Source: a virus
Taxonomy: Duplodnaviria > Caudoviricetes
Length of the DNA stretch: 64,000 bases
Direction: 5' to 3' (one strand)
IMG/VR virus record: IMGVR_UViG_3300030376_002811
Span: 5,183-69,182 of that record
Below are positions 54,602 to 62,203 of the stretch, one piece after another. The notes below the pieces were generated by a model. It was not told the DNA's origin and did no database searches. It saw only the letters and a list, made by a program, of their open reading frames with translations. Both the position numbers and the translations under genes were made by a program. Position 1 is the first letter of the stretch. Each line of letters opens with the position of its first letter.

Positions 54602-54838
54602 ATGCAGACATTGTATGATAAACTCAAGCCAGAGTATAAACAAAAACTAGAAGAAGAAGCAGTTGATTACCCATCGTTAGTCGGTGGTGTTATTAACTCT
54701 TTGAAAGATAATTATCTATGGTCACACTTAACTATTGGCCAAGCAAAAGATCTTATACAATTCACAGATAAAAGCTACGGAGGAATGTCTAGCTATGACT
54801 GGTCTTTCGGTGAAACATTTTTTACATGCGAAGACTAA
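54602..54838 (+). CDS. Hypothetical protein; start reassigned to MQTLYDKLK
   Basis: In frame with track ORF 54551-54838; begins 2 nt after the previous stop. Confidence 0.55.
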   Translation: MQTLYDKLKPEYKQKLEEEAVDYPSLVGGVINSLKDNYLWSHLTIGQAKDLIQFTDKSYGGMSSYDWSFGETFFTCED

Positions 54839-54929
54839 TATACGATATGTACTATAAAGATGAAATATCTGTAGACATAGCAATGAGATTACTAGATAAA
54901 TTAACAGAACTTTCAAATAAAAAACGAAG

Positions 54930-55181
54930 ATGACAAAAACAGAATTACCAAAATGGTTTCATGGTCAAGTTTATGACGAAGGAGCCGAAGTAACAAACCG
55001 TTTCGGCGGTGACAGTTGCTACCTAAACGCAGAAGAACTTAGTATGTATGACTTTATCATAGGCGCTAGTAATATGTATGAGATGGGCATGCACCACGAT
55101 ACATTAGTAACCGATTTAAGAAAAGGTCTTGATTGGTTTAGAAAATATAACCCGTCAGCTTACATGACACTATTAGATTAA
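54930..55181 (+). CDS. Hypothetical protein, 83 aa
   Basis: GAEVTNRFGG..CYLNAEELSMYDFIIG...WFRKYNPSAYMTLLD. Confidence 0.6.
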   Translation: MTKTELPKWFHGQVYDEGAEVTNRFGGDSCYLNAEELSMYDFIIGASNMYEMGMHHDTLVTDLRKGLDWFRKYNPSAYMTLLD

Positions 55182-55183
55182 AC

Positions 55184-55453
55184 ATGAATATAACAGGAGA
55201 ACAAGTAGAAAACTATATAACAACTCAACTAGAGTGTAAACCAAGACATAACTGTATAGCTTTAGCAGAAGCAATAAACCATATTGCAGATGAAGTTGAT
55301 TATGAACCATTTGCACTTATGCAATTGTTGTTAGAAAATAAAGAAATACCAGACTTACATACACATAGCTACGGATTTCACACGGCTAACGGTAGGTCGT
55401 TAATCGAGCGTATGCAAGAAACTTATTATACCGAAGTACAATTTTATGCATAA
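55184..55453 (+). CDS. Hypothetical protein, 89 aa
   Basis: Coupled ORF. Confidence 0.55.
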   Translation: MNITGEQVENYITTQLECKPRHNCIALAEAINHIADEVDYEPFALMQLLLENKEIPDLHTHSYGFHTANGRSLIERMQETYYTEVQFYA

Positions 55454-55682
55454 AGAAAATACAATAGGAAACTATTTGACAATAGAACTACGAGCATTAG
55501 CAGATGCTATACAAGATAAAGCTGTTGATGATAACCCTTTTATTCCAGAAGCTGAAACTAGCTTAATAGGCGGTGTCATAGCTTTGTTAGAACATTATAT
55601 TGAAAGTCAAGAGTTAGATGATTTAAGATTTGCAATAAGAACTAAAAATAAAGAAATAGAATCATGGCAACTAAAGCAATAA
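55446..55682 (+). CDS. Hypothetical protein, 78 aa
   Basis: Coupled ORF. Confidence 0.5.
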   Translation: MHKENTIGNYLTIELRALADAIQDKAVDDNPFIPEAETSLIGGVIALLEHYIESQELDDLRFAIRTKNKEIESWQLKQ

Positions 55683-56134
55683 TTAGATTTGCTGAACGTG
55701 AAGAAGGAGTATCGTTCAGCGAGCATCCACAAAATGTTACACATCAGATATATCATCACTATGATGGTTACCCTGAATTTTTAGGTGTTGCATTATCAGA
55801 GTTTATAAGTGAGCGAGACAAAGAAAAATATGACAATCCAAACCGTTTATTTAACGGCACGGACTGCCTTGCCGCTCAAGTGTTAACACACCTAAAGTTA
55901 GGTATACACTATGGTAAATGTAGTATTGATGCGTATAACGTGTATTTAGAGACGCCTGAGCCGCCTGACGTTTGCTTAACTCGCTGTGTTGACTATATAT
56001 ACTATATATGGACAAAAAACGAAACAAACGAGGTGTGGATTAGCATTTTTGATTATACAGGTGATTGTATATTTGTAGGTCAACCTCAAAAATTAACCTT
56101 TAAATACAAACTGAATACGAACGATGACAGATAA
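55664..56134 (+). CDS. Conserved phage hypothetical protein with a YxHxDGYP motif, 156 aa
   Basis: MATKAII...IYHHYDGYPEFLG...DYIYYI. Confidence 0.6.
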   Translation: MATKAIIRFAEREEGVSFSEHPQNVTHQIYHHYDGYPEFLGVALSEFISERDKEKYDNPNRLFNGTDCLAAQVLTHLKLGIHYGKCSIDAYNVYLETPEPPDVCLTRCVDYIYYIWTKNETNEVWISIFDYTGDCIFVGQPQKLTFKYKLNTNDDR

Positions 56135-56135
56135 T
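56114..56135 (+). promoter_or_regulatory. Early promoter motif copy 9
   Basis: AATACGA-acgatgaca-GATAAT, overlapping the end of 55664-56134. Confidence 0.75.
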
Positions 56136-56420
56136 AAACACATGACAGAGACAGAACTTAACAAACTAGCGTCAACTATTGTAGGAAAAATGATGCAGTT
56201 AAAAACTATGGAAGACTGGTTTGATTACGTTAGAGACACACATGTAGCAGCATCAACAGATTATGAAAACCTAAAAATATCTAAAGAAGATAATGCTTTA
56301 GGCGAAGCTGCTAAACTAATGACTTTAATGAACTTATTCCAAGAACGAGAGGAATATGAAAAATGTGCTATTGTACAAAGAAGATTAGACTCTATAAACG
56401 AAATACTTAAAAACTTATGA
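56124..56420 (+). CDS. Protein with a C-terminal UVR-like coiled coil (likely start 56142)
   Basis: LFQEREEYEKCAIVQRRLD resembles the UvrB/UvrC interaction motif. Confidence 0.5.
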   Translation: MTDNKHMTETELNKLASTIVGKMMQLKTMEDWFDYVRDTHVAASTDYENLKISKEDNALGEAAKLMTLMNLFQEREEYEKCAIVQRRLDSINEILKNL

Positions 56421-57286
56421 TGAGAAAAAAACCAATGCTAGCATATCCTGTTAGCGATAAACCAATAGACTACAACAATACCGTATTTATGCAACCAAAG
56501 CTTGACGGCGTGCGTTGTCTTATACAAGCTGAGCAAGTAAACCATTTCAGTAGACCTATTGAATACGAAGTAAAGGCATATTCACGTACAGGTAAACAGT
56601 GGCTAAACATTGACCACATACTACAAAGTCTTAAACCTTTCTTTGAAGCTAACCCTTTTGTTATACTCGATGGCGAGCTATACAACCACACGTTACGCGA
56701 TGACTTTGAAAAGATTATATCTTGTGTACGTAAACAAAAGCCAACAGATGCTAACAGAGCTGAGTCTCGTAAGCTTGTACAGTTTCATTGCTATGATATT
56801 GTAAATGAAAAAATGCCATTTGTAGATCGTATACGCTGGCTAAGAAAAAATCTTGCTCCTTTCCCTTATGGCTTTAGATTAGTTGCAACCGAGTCTGTTC
56901 TTGATAGAAGAGATTCTGAGTTATATCACGACTTATGCCTTGAACAGGGTTACGAAGGCTCTATACTACGTACTAATGATGTATACAAATGTGGTAGATC
57001 ATGGTCACTACGTAAGTTCAAAGACTTTCACGATGCTGAAGCTACAATAACCGACTGGGTTGAAGGTAAAGGCAAACGTAAAGGCACGATCGGTAAGTTC
57101 ATGGCAGTTGATGCCGATGGCGTTGAGTTCGGTATGCCAGTTATGGACAATTTCAAAAAGTTACAAACAATGTTTAAAGAAATGCAATCATGGGTTGGCA
57201 AAGAAGCTACGTTCACATACTTCGAGCGTACAAAAGCTAACTCATACAGACACCCATTATTTAAAGCAATACGTGATTATGAGTAA
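56417..57286 (+). CDS. lig: ATP-dependent DNA ligase, 289 aa
   Basis: Motif I QPKLDGVRC, LDGELY, FHCYDI, GYEGSILR and LRKFKDFHDAE, plus an OB-fold ending RHPLF. Confidence 0.92.
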   Translation: MMRKKPMLAYPVSDKPIDYNNTVFMQPKLDGVRCLIQAEQVNHFSRPIEYEVKAYSRTGKQWLNIDHILQSLKPFFEANPFVILDGELYNHTLRDDFEKIISCVRKQKPTDANRAESRKLVQFHCYDIVNEKMPFVDRIRWLRKNLAPFPYGFRLVATESVLDRRDSELYHDLCLEQGYEGSILRTNDVYKCGRSWSLRKFKDFHDAEATITDWVEGKGKRKGTIGKFMAVDADGVEFGMPVMDNFKKLQTMFKEMQSWVGKEATFTYFERTKANSYRHPLFKAIRDYE

Positions 57287-57569
57287 AACAATAAAAGAAT
57301 TTGTAAAAGAAAGAGCAGAGCAAGTATCTAGCGCTTCTAAAAACGGAATAAATGTTGATATACTTAATTTAGCTGTGAATGAGTATTTAAAAAGAGACAA
57401 GGAGATGACTGATAAAGAAAAAGTTAATTTATCATTTGAAGATATAGCTAAAATAGTTTGTTTACACAATATTATATCAGTTTATCACTTTGGACCTAAT
57501 ACTTTTAGATGGGACGGTAGCTCTCACGTTAAAAAAATAGACCCTTATGGAAAACAATACTACGTTTAA
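57279..57569 (+). CDS. Hypothetical protein; start reassigned to MSKTIKEF
   Basis: The upstream part of track ORF 57060-57569 overlaps the ligase; ATG 57279 is coupled to the ligase end. Confidence 0.45.
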   Translation: MSKTIKEFVKERAEQVSSASKNGINVDILNLAVNEYLKRDKEMTDKEKVNLSFEDIAKIVCLHNIISVYHFGPNTFRWDGSSHVKKIDPYGKQYYV

Positions 57570-58272
57570 TATAGAGTTTAAAAACGTACAAGTAAGAAAT
57601 CACACTGATTTTAAACTTAAAAACGTAAGCTTAAATCTAACTCCTGGTTGTTATGCTTTATGTAGCTATAGCGGAGGCGGTAAATCTTTAATTAGAAGAG
57701 TTATAGCCGGCATAGTAAAACCGACTTTTGGAACTATTAACTTAAACAATATAAGTTACAAAGATATTTGCTGGACAAGTCAAGGTGAACACTTACCACA
57801 TCACTTGACCGTTTCTGAATATTTAGAAGTTATATGTATGTTAAAGTGGCAAAAAAAAGACAGAAAACAAAAAGTAAATTCTATAGCTAAAAAACTAGAC
57901 ATATCAAACAAGATATTAAAAACAAAAACTAAAGAATTAAGCGTGTTTAACACAAGAAAGTGTATATTAGCCTCTAAATTGATACTTGAACCTAAAGTTT
58001 TTATATCAGACGAACTTTATGGATCTATGCCTTATGAAAAAGGATCTAAATTAGTCAAGTTAACCAAAGCTTATGTTGAAGAAAACAACCTTATATGGTT
58101 AGATTCAACACATTTAACTTGCGACATATTAACTATGGATAAAATATTATATATAGAAGATGGTTATATACACGACGACTCTTCAGATGAGTTTAAAAAA
58201 TGGCTATATGCTGAATCTAATTTACTTCAATGCTTAAAAACTAAAAATTATGAACATATTTTATTTACATAA
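57547..58272 (+). CDS. Degenerate ABC-type ATP-binding protein, 241 aa
   Basis: LKNVSLNL, Walker A SYSGGGKS, signature LSVFN (canonical LSGGQ), Walker B VFISDE and H-loop STH. Confidence 0.75.
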   Translation: MENNTTFNIEFKNVQVRNHTDFKLKNVSLNLTPGCYALCSYSGGGKSLIRRVIAGIVKPTFGTINLNNISYKDICWTSQGEHLPHHLTVSEYLEVICMLKWQKKDRKQKVNSIAKKLDISNKILKTKTKELSVFNTRKCILASKLILEPKVFISDELYGSMPYEKGSKLVKLTKAYVEENNLIWLDSTHLTCDILTMDKILYIEDGYIHDDSSDEFKKWLYAESNLLQCLKTKNYEHILFT

Positions 58273-58735
58273 AGATCCAGAAAAAGCAGCTAGGTATCAA
58301 TACAACAAGCACGTTGTTAAAATGATACTTGAGTCTGCTCAAATGTTGTGCACAGCTCACCATTGTATTATGACTGACGATGCTGACGTACCATACAAAA
58401 TCGCTCACAAAAACCACCCATCAACTATATGGGCTAGGCAATCAGGCGAAAATTATGCATGGCTATACTACCACATGATGGAGTTAGGCAGAGAGTACGA
58501 AAGACGTTACGGCAAAAAGCATTTGACTATAATTAAATGCGAAGACAAACTAGCTAAGCTGCCAGGTGGTATATTAGAAACAGGTCTAACAGATATGCCA
58601 CAGTGTATGCCTGATGAATACAAAGACAAGTGCAGCATACAAGCTTATTGGAACTATTATATTAACGACAAAAAGAATATTGCAAACCTAAAAACCGAAA
58701 CATTATATGAGCAACGACCTGAAGAAACGTATTAA
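58250..58735 (+). CDS. Pyrimidine-dimer DNA glycosylase (DenV-like) family protein, 161 aa
   Basis: MNIFYL...KHVVKMILESAQMLCTAH...HKNHPSTIWARQS.ENY.WL...EYERRYGKKH. Confidence 0.8.
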   Translation: MNIFYLHKDPEKAARYQYNKHVVKMILESAQMLCTAHHCIMTDDADVPYKIAHKNHPSTIWARQSGENYAWLYYHMMELGREYERRYGKKHLTIIKCEDKLAKLPGGILETGLTDMPQCMPDEYKDKCSIQAYWNYYINDKKNIANLKTETLYEQRPEETY

Positions 58736-58841
58736 GCAATTTAATAAAATTAAATTTGCTGACGGAAGCAGTAAAAGAATTATTATAGCATCGTTAAAAC
58801 CAATGGGGACTGTGACAACAGCCCCTAAGAATAAAGAATAA
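58707..58841 (+). CDS. Small basic protein, 44 aa (not in track)
   Basis: MSNDLKKRIKQFNKIKFADGSSKRIIIASLKPMGTVTTAPKNKE. Confidence 0.4.
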   Translation: MSNDLKKRIKQFNKIKFADGSSKRIIIASLKPMGTVTTAPKNKE

Positions 58842-58856
58842 CAGGCTTATGTCACA
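58811..58856. repeat. Inverted repeat element IR-C: TGTGACA...TGTCACA (32 nt between GTGACA and TGTCAC), overlapping the ATG of 58849
   Basis: TGTGACAACAGCC...AGGCTTATGTCACA shares GTGACAACAGCC with IR-A. Confidence 0.7.
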
Positions 58857-59469
58857 CGAAAGAAACCTAAAATACCTAAATGATAGACGCATGATATATA
58901 GGCGTTTACCACAAACTGATAAAGCTACTATAGAAACTAAAGAGTTTTTATATTATGAACATGGTACACATCAATGTTATGAGCTATTTAGATCGTCAGC
59001 AAAGATTACAACTTATAAATCTTTAAAATGGCATTTGTTAGTTTTATGGTATTTAAACCCTAACCTTAACCCAGACGATTTTACAGCGTTAGCGGCATAT
59101 ATAGCGCATAAACCAAACGGATTTATTAGTTTTAGCATATCAGATAACATGTTGAATAAAATAGTGTATGAGGTTAGTATGTGTGACTTAGATACACCAC
59201 CAACTAATAAATTACGTAAAGTAATATTTAAACCATTTAGCGGATTGACTAAAAAGCAGAAATTATCTATAGTTGGCCAACTTATAGGACAAGGCCCTAG
59301 GATTTGTTCTGACGACATATACGCGTGTATGATAGATATGCACGACATGGGGAAAAAGATTACAATAGGACGCATCGCAGGCTTATTAGACTGTTCATCG
59401 CGTACAGTGCACAGACACATGTGTAACACGCTTAAAAAAGAAAAAGAACTATTAAACCAGGAATTATGA
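58849..59469 (+). CDS. DNA-binding protein with a C-terminal HTH, 206 aa
   Basis: C-terminal ITIGRIAGLLDCSSRTVHRHM; the central helical domain may be PriCT-like. Confidence 0.65.
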   Translation: MSHERNLKYLNDRRMIYRRLPQTDKATIETKEFLYYEHGTHQCYELFRSSAKITTYKSLKWHLLVLWYLNPNLNPDDFTALAAYIAHKPNGFISFSISDNMLNKIVYEVSMCDLDTPPTNKLRKVIFKPFSGLTKKQKLSIVGQLIGQGPRICSDDIYACMIDMHDMGKKITIGRIAGLLDCSSRTVHRHMCNTLKKEKELLNQEL

Positions 59470-59621
59470 AAGTAATAAAACATCTTAAAGACAATAAAAT
59501 ACTAATAGACGGAGTTGTATGGAAACCTCACTATTTAAATGATATACCACCAAGCTTCGGCTCTACAAAAGGAATATCAGAATGGTTTAACTACAAAGGA
59601 TACTGTTATATAAAAGCATAA
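59466..59621 (+). CDS. Small protein, 51 aa (not in track; paralog of 50490-50714)
   Basis: MKVIKHLKDNKILIDGVVWKPHYLNDIPPSFGSTKGISEWFNYKGYCYIKA. Confidence 0.55.
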   Translation: MKVIKHLKDNKILIDGVVWKPHYLNDIPPSFGSTKGISEWFNYKGYCYIKA

Positions 59622-59623
59622 AC

Positions 59624-60379
59624 ATGAAACATTACAACATACGAAATTACGTAGCATATAAAGAAGATATAGAAAAGTCTATTAAAAATATAGGCAAAAA
59701 AGAATTTATAGATTATACTAGAGATGAGTTAGTGGTAACATTTACACCTCTTGTAGAAAAACTTGCTAGAAAGTTTTCAACATCACAACAAGCTAGTGGC
59801 GTTATGACTATTATGGATTTAATAGACGAGGGTAACGTTGGCTTAATAAAAGCTGTTGACAAAATAGTTTGGGAAACAATATATGATACTGATGACCCTG
59901 AAAAAAGATTAAAATCTTTTCTATCTAAAAGAATTAAAGGATCAATACGTAGAGCTATAGATATGAACAGAGGCGGAATTAGAATACCTGAACACAAACT
60001 AAACGAAATGCGTAAAGCAGCAGGCGATGATAAGAAAGCTGTTGAAATGTTTTTTAACTCTATATTTCAAAGCCTTGACGATGATACTAACGGCACATCA
60101 GCCTTAGCAGAGTCTATAGAAGACATTAAAGAGTACGATGTAAATATGCTTAACGCTTATATAATGGGTATATTAAAAATACATTTAGACTCTAAAGAGT
60201 TTGAGATAATTAGAATGAGTTTTGGCCTTGATTGTGATAAGCATACAGCTAGTGAAATAGCAGCAAAACTTAACATAAAAGGTAGCAGCTCATACGTTCG
60301 TATTTCGCAATTAAAAAAGCAAGCCTTAGATAAGCTAATAGCTAACGTTAGCTACGAGCAAGTAGTTGACTTTCTTTAA
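59624..60379 (+). CDS. Phage sigma70-family RNA polymerase sigma factor, 251 aa
   Basis: Region 2 PLVEKLARKF...DLIDEGNVGLIKAVDK...RIKGSIRRAI; region 4 EFEIIRMSFGL...SEIAAKLNI...RISQLKKQALDKL. Confidence 0.88.
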   Translation: MKHYNIRNYVAYKEDIEKSIKNIGKKEFIDYTRDELVVTFTPLVEKLARKFSTSQQASGVMTIMDLIDEGNVGLIKAVDKIVWETIYDTDDPEKRLKSFLSKRIKGSIRRAIDMNRGGIRIPEHKLNEMRKAAGDDKKAVEMFFNSIFQSLDDDTNGTSALAESIEDIKEYDVNMLNAYIMGILKIHLDSKEFEIIRMSFGLDCDKHTASEIAAKLNIKGSSSYVRISQLKKQALDKLIANVSYEQVVDFL

Positions 60380-60441
60380 CTTATAAGTTTAAAAGCGCAT
60401 TGCTATTGTGTAATTATATATATAACTAAACCATATACCAA

Positions 60442-60984
60442 ATGAAAGATTTAACTAAAAAATTAGCTGATGTTCAGACTAAGCTAAAAGCTAAAAAGTC
60501 TTCATATAATAGCTTTGGAAAATACTATTTCCGTAAAGCTGAAGACATTCTCGAGGGCGTAAAGCCATTCCTATTACAACATAACATTTATGTAACTGTA
60601 TCAGAAGAACTAATCTCTACAGACCCAGTTCCTATGATACAGACTACAGCTACTATTAGCGACGGTGAAAGCATTATTAATGCCACCGCGGTAGTCGGTG
60701 TAGACTTACAGCAAAAAGGTATGCAGACGGCCCAACAGTTTGGAGCAGCATCTACTTATGCTAAAAAATATGCTCTTGGCAACTTATTTTTAATTGATGA
60801 TACTGAAGACGCTGATGCTACAAACACGCACGGTAAAGCTCAACAAGTTCAAGCTAAACCTAAAACTAAGATAACAAAAGAGCAAATGACTAAAGCTGTT
60901 AAGTTTGTAAAAGATGGAGGCTCAGTTGATGCTATTAAAAAGAAATATGATCTAACTCCAGCGCAAATTAAACAACTAGCGTAA
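60442..60984 (+). CDS. ERF-family ssDNA annealing protein, 180 aa
   Basis: YYFRKAEDILEGVKP...Q.FGAASTYAKKYALGNLFLIDDTEDAD. Confidence 0.85.
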   Translation: MKDLTKKLADVQTKLKAKKSSYNSFGKYYFRKAEDILEGVKPFLLQHNIYVTVSEELISTDPVPMIQTTATISDGESIINATAVVGVDLQQKGMQTAQQFGAASTYAKKYALGNLFLIDDTEDADATNTHGKAQQVQAKPKTKITKEQMTKAVKFVKDGGSVDAIKKKYDLTPAQIKQLA

Positions 60985-61718
60985 TGACAAAAGAAATTTA
61001 CAATAAACTAAAAGACGACGAACATTACTACGGTGACTATGGTAAACAGTTTCTAAGCAACTCGGATATATCAACACTATTGAAAAATCCTAAAGACTTG
61101 CACAAGCCAAGGCCTAGTAGTCCAGCGTTTCTAGTTGGCGGTTACTTTCATACCGCAATACTTGAGCCTGATAAGCTTAAGAGGTTTAAGATAGTTGAAT
61201 CTACAACTCGTAATACAAAGGCTTATAAAGAAGCTAGCGATGGTGAGTTATGCTTACTGCAACATGAAGTTGACAAAACTGTACTCATGACTGAAGCTAT
61301 TATGGACAACGATGTTTGTAGAGACTTAATTAAACCATTATTAAATGAAGTAGAATATGAACAGCCACGTGTTGGCAAAATCCACGGTCAAATGTGGAAA
61401 GGTAAAGCAGATATAATTAACCACGAGGAAAAACTTGTTATCGATCTAAAAACCACTGGTGATATAGATAGATTTCAATGGTCAGCTTCAAAGTTTAATT
61501 ATGATAGCCAAGCTTTCATATATTCAACCTTGTTTGGATACGAAATGCTATTCGTTGTAATCGACAAAGAAACGCACCAAATAGGTTTATTCGATTGTTC
61601 GCCTGACTTTTACAGTCGTGGTGAAGATAAAGTACGTAGAGCTTGTGATGCGTACGAGTTATTTTATCAAACAGATGACTTTGACCACAAGCAACATTTA
61701 TTAACTAAAACCCTTTAA
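60984..61718 (+). CDS. PD-(D/E)xK exonuclease (RecE/DUF3799-like), 244 aa
   Basis: LSNSDI...GGYFHTAILEP...KGKADII...IDLKTT...YDSQAFIY. Confidence 0.8.
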   Translation: MTKEIYNKLKDDEHYYGDYGKQFLSNSDISTLLKNPKDLHKPRPSSPAFLVGGYFHTAILEPDKLKRFKIVESTTRNTKAYKEASDGELCLLQHEVDKTVLMTEAIMDNDVCRDLIKPLLNEVEYEQPRVGKIHGQMWKGKADIINHEEKLVIDLKTTGDIDRFQWSASKFNYDSQAFIYSTLFGYEMLFVVIDKETHQIGLFDCSPDFYSRGEDKVRRACDAYELFYQTDDFDHKQHLLTKTL

Positions 61719-61722
61719 ACCA

Positions 61723-61890
61723 ATGGCTAGAACCAAATCTAGAATCTGCGATGTTTCAGGAATTAAAACATCAGAAAACAATTTTTATGCAAACCAAAGC
61801 CACGTAAAAGCTGTAGATAATCTGCGTAGATCGAGTGGCGCTACTAAATCACAGATGCAGCGTATGTTTCACCAATTAAATAATTACTAA
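61723..61890 (+). CDS. Small protein, 55 aa (not in track)
   Basis: MARTKSRICDVSGIKTSENNFYANQSHVKAVDNLRRSSGATKSQMQRMFHQLNNY fills the gap exactly. Confidence 0.55.
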   Translation: MARTKSRICDVSGIKTSENNFYANQSHVKAVDNLRRSSGATKSQMQRMFHQLNNY

Positions 61891-62202
61891 ATGGCAAGTA
61901 TTATTAAAACAAGTATTAACCTTAACGATATACCAAAAGATAAAATCTTTGTAGGTAAAAAAGGTAAATACTTACCGATCACAATTACACTGAACGATGA
62001 ACTAGATCAGTTTGGCAATCAAGGACCTGTAGTTGTTGAGCAAACTAAGGAGGAGAGAGATGCTAAGGCTCCTAAAACATACCTTGGCAATGTGAAAGTT
62101 GTCTGGACTAATGGCACAAACGTTGATACTGCTCCTAGAGAAGATCGACCTGCTGCTCCAGCTCCAGCTGCTCAACAAGTAGAAGAGGACTTACCATTCT
62201 AG
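61891..62202 (+). CDS. Single-stranded DNA-binding protein, 103 aa
   Basis: OB-like N-terminus, Pro/Ala linker and acidic tail EEDLPF. Confidence 0.7.
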   Translation: MASIIKTSINLNDIPKDKIFVGKKGKYLPITITLNDELDQFGNQGPVVVEQTKEERDAKAPKTYLGNVKVVWTNGTNVDTAPREDRPAAPAPAAQQVEEDLPF

Positions 62203-62203
62203 T

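Noticed and set aside
49357-56135. Repeated motif as a CRISPR array
   Set aside because: Copies are short, bipartite, irregularly spaced by hundreds to thousands of bases and separated by genes; no cas genes are present.
57060-57278. N-terminal extension of track ORF 57060-57569
   Set aside because: It overlaps the ligase in another frame; the coupled ATG at 57279 is more plausible.
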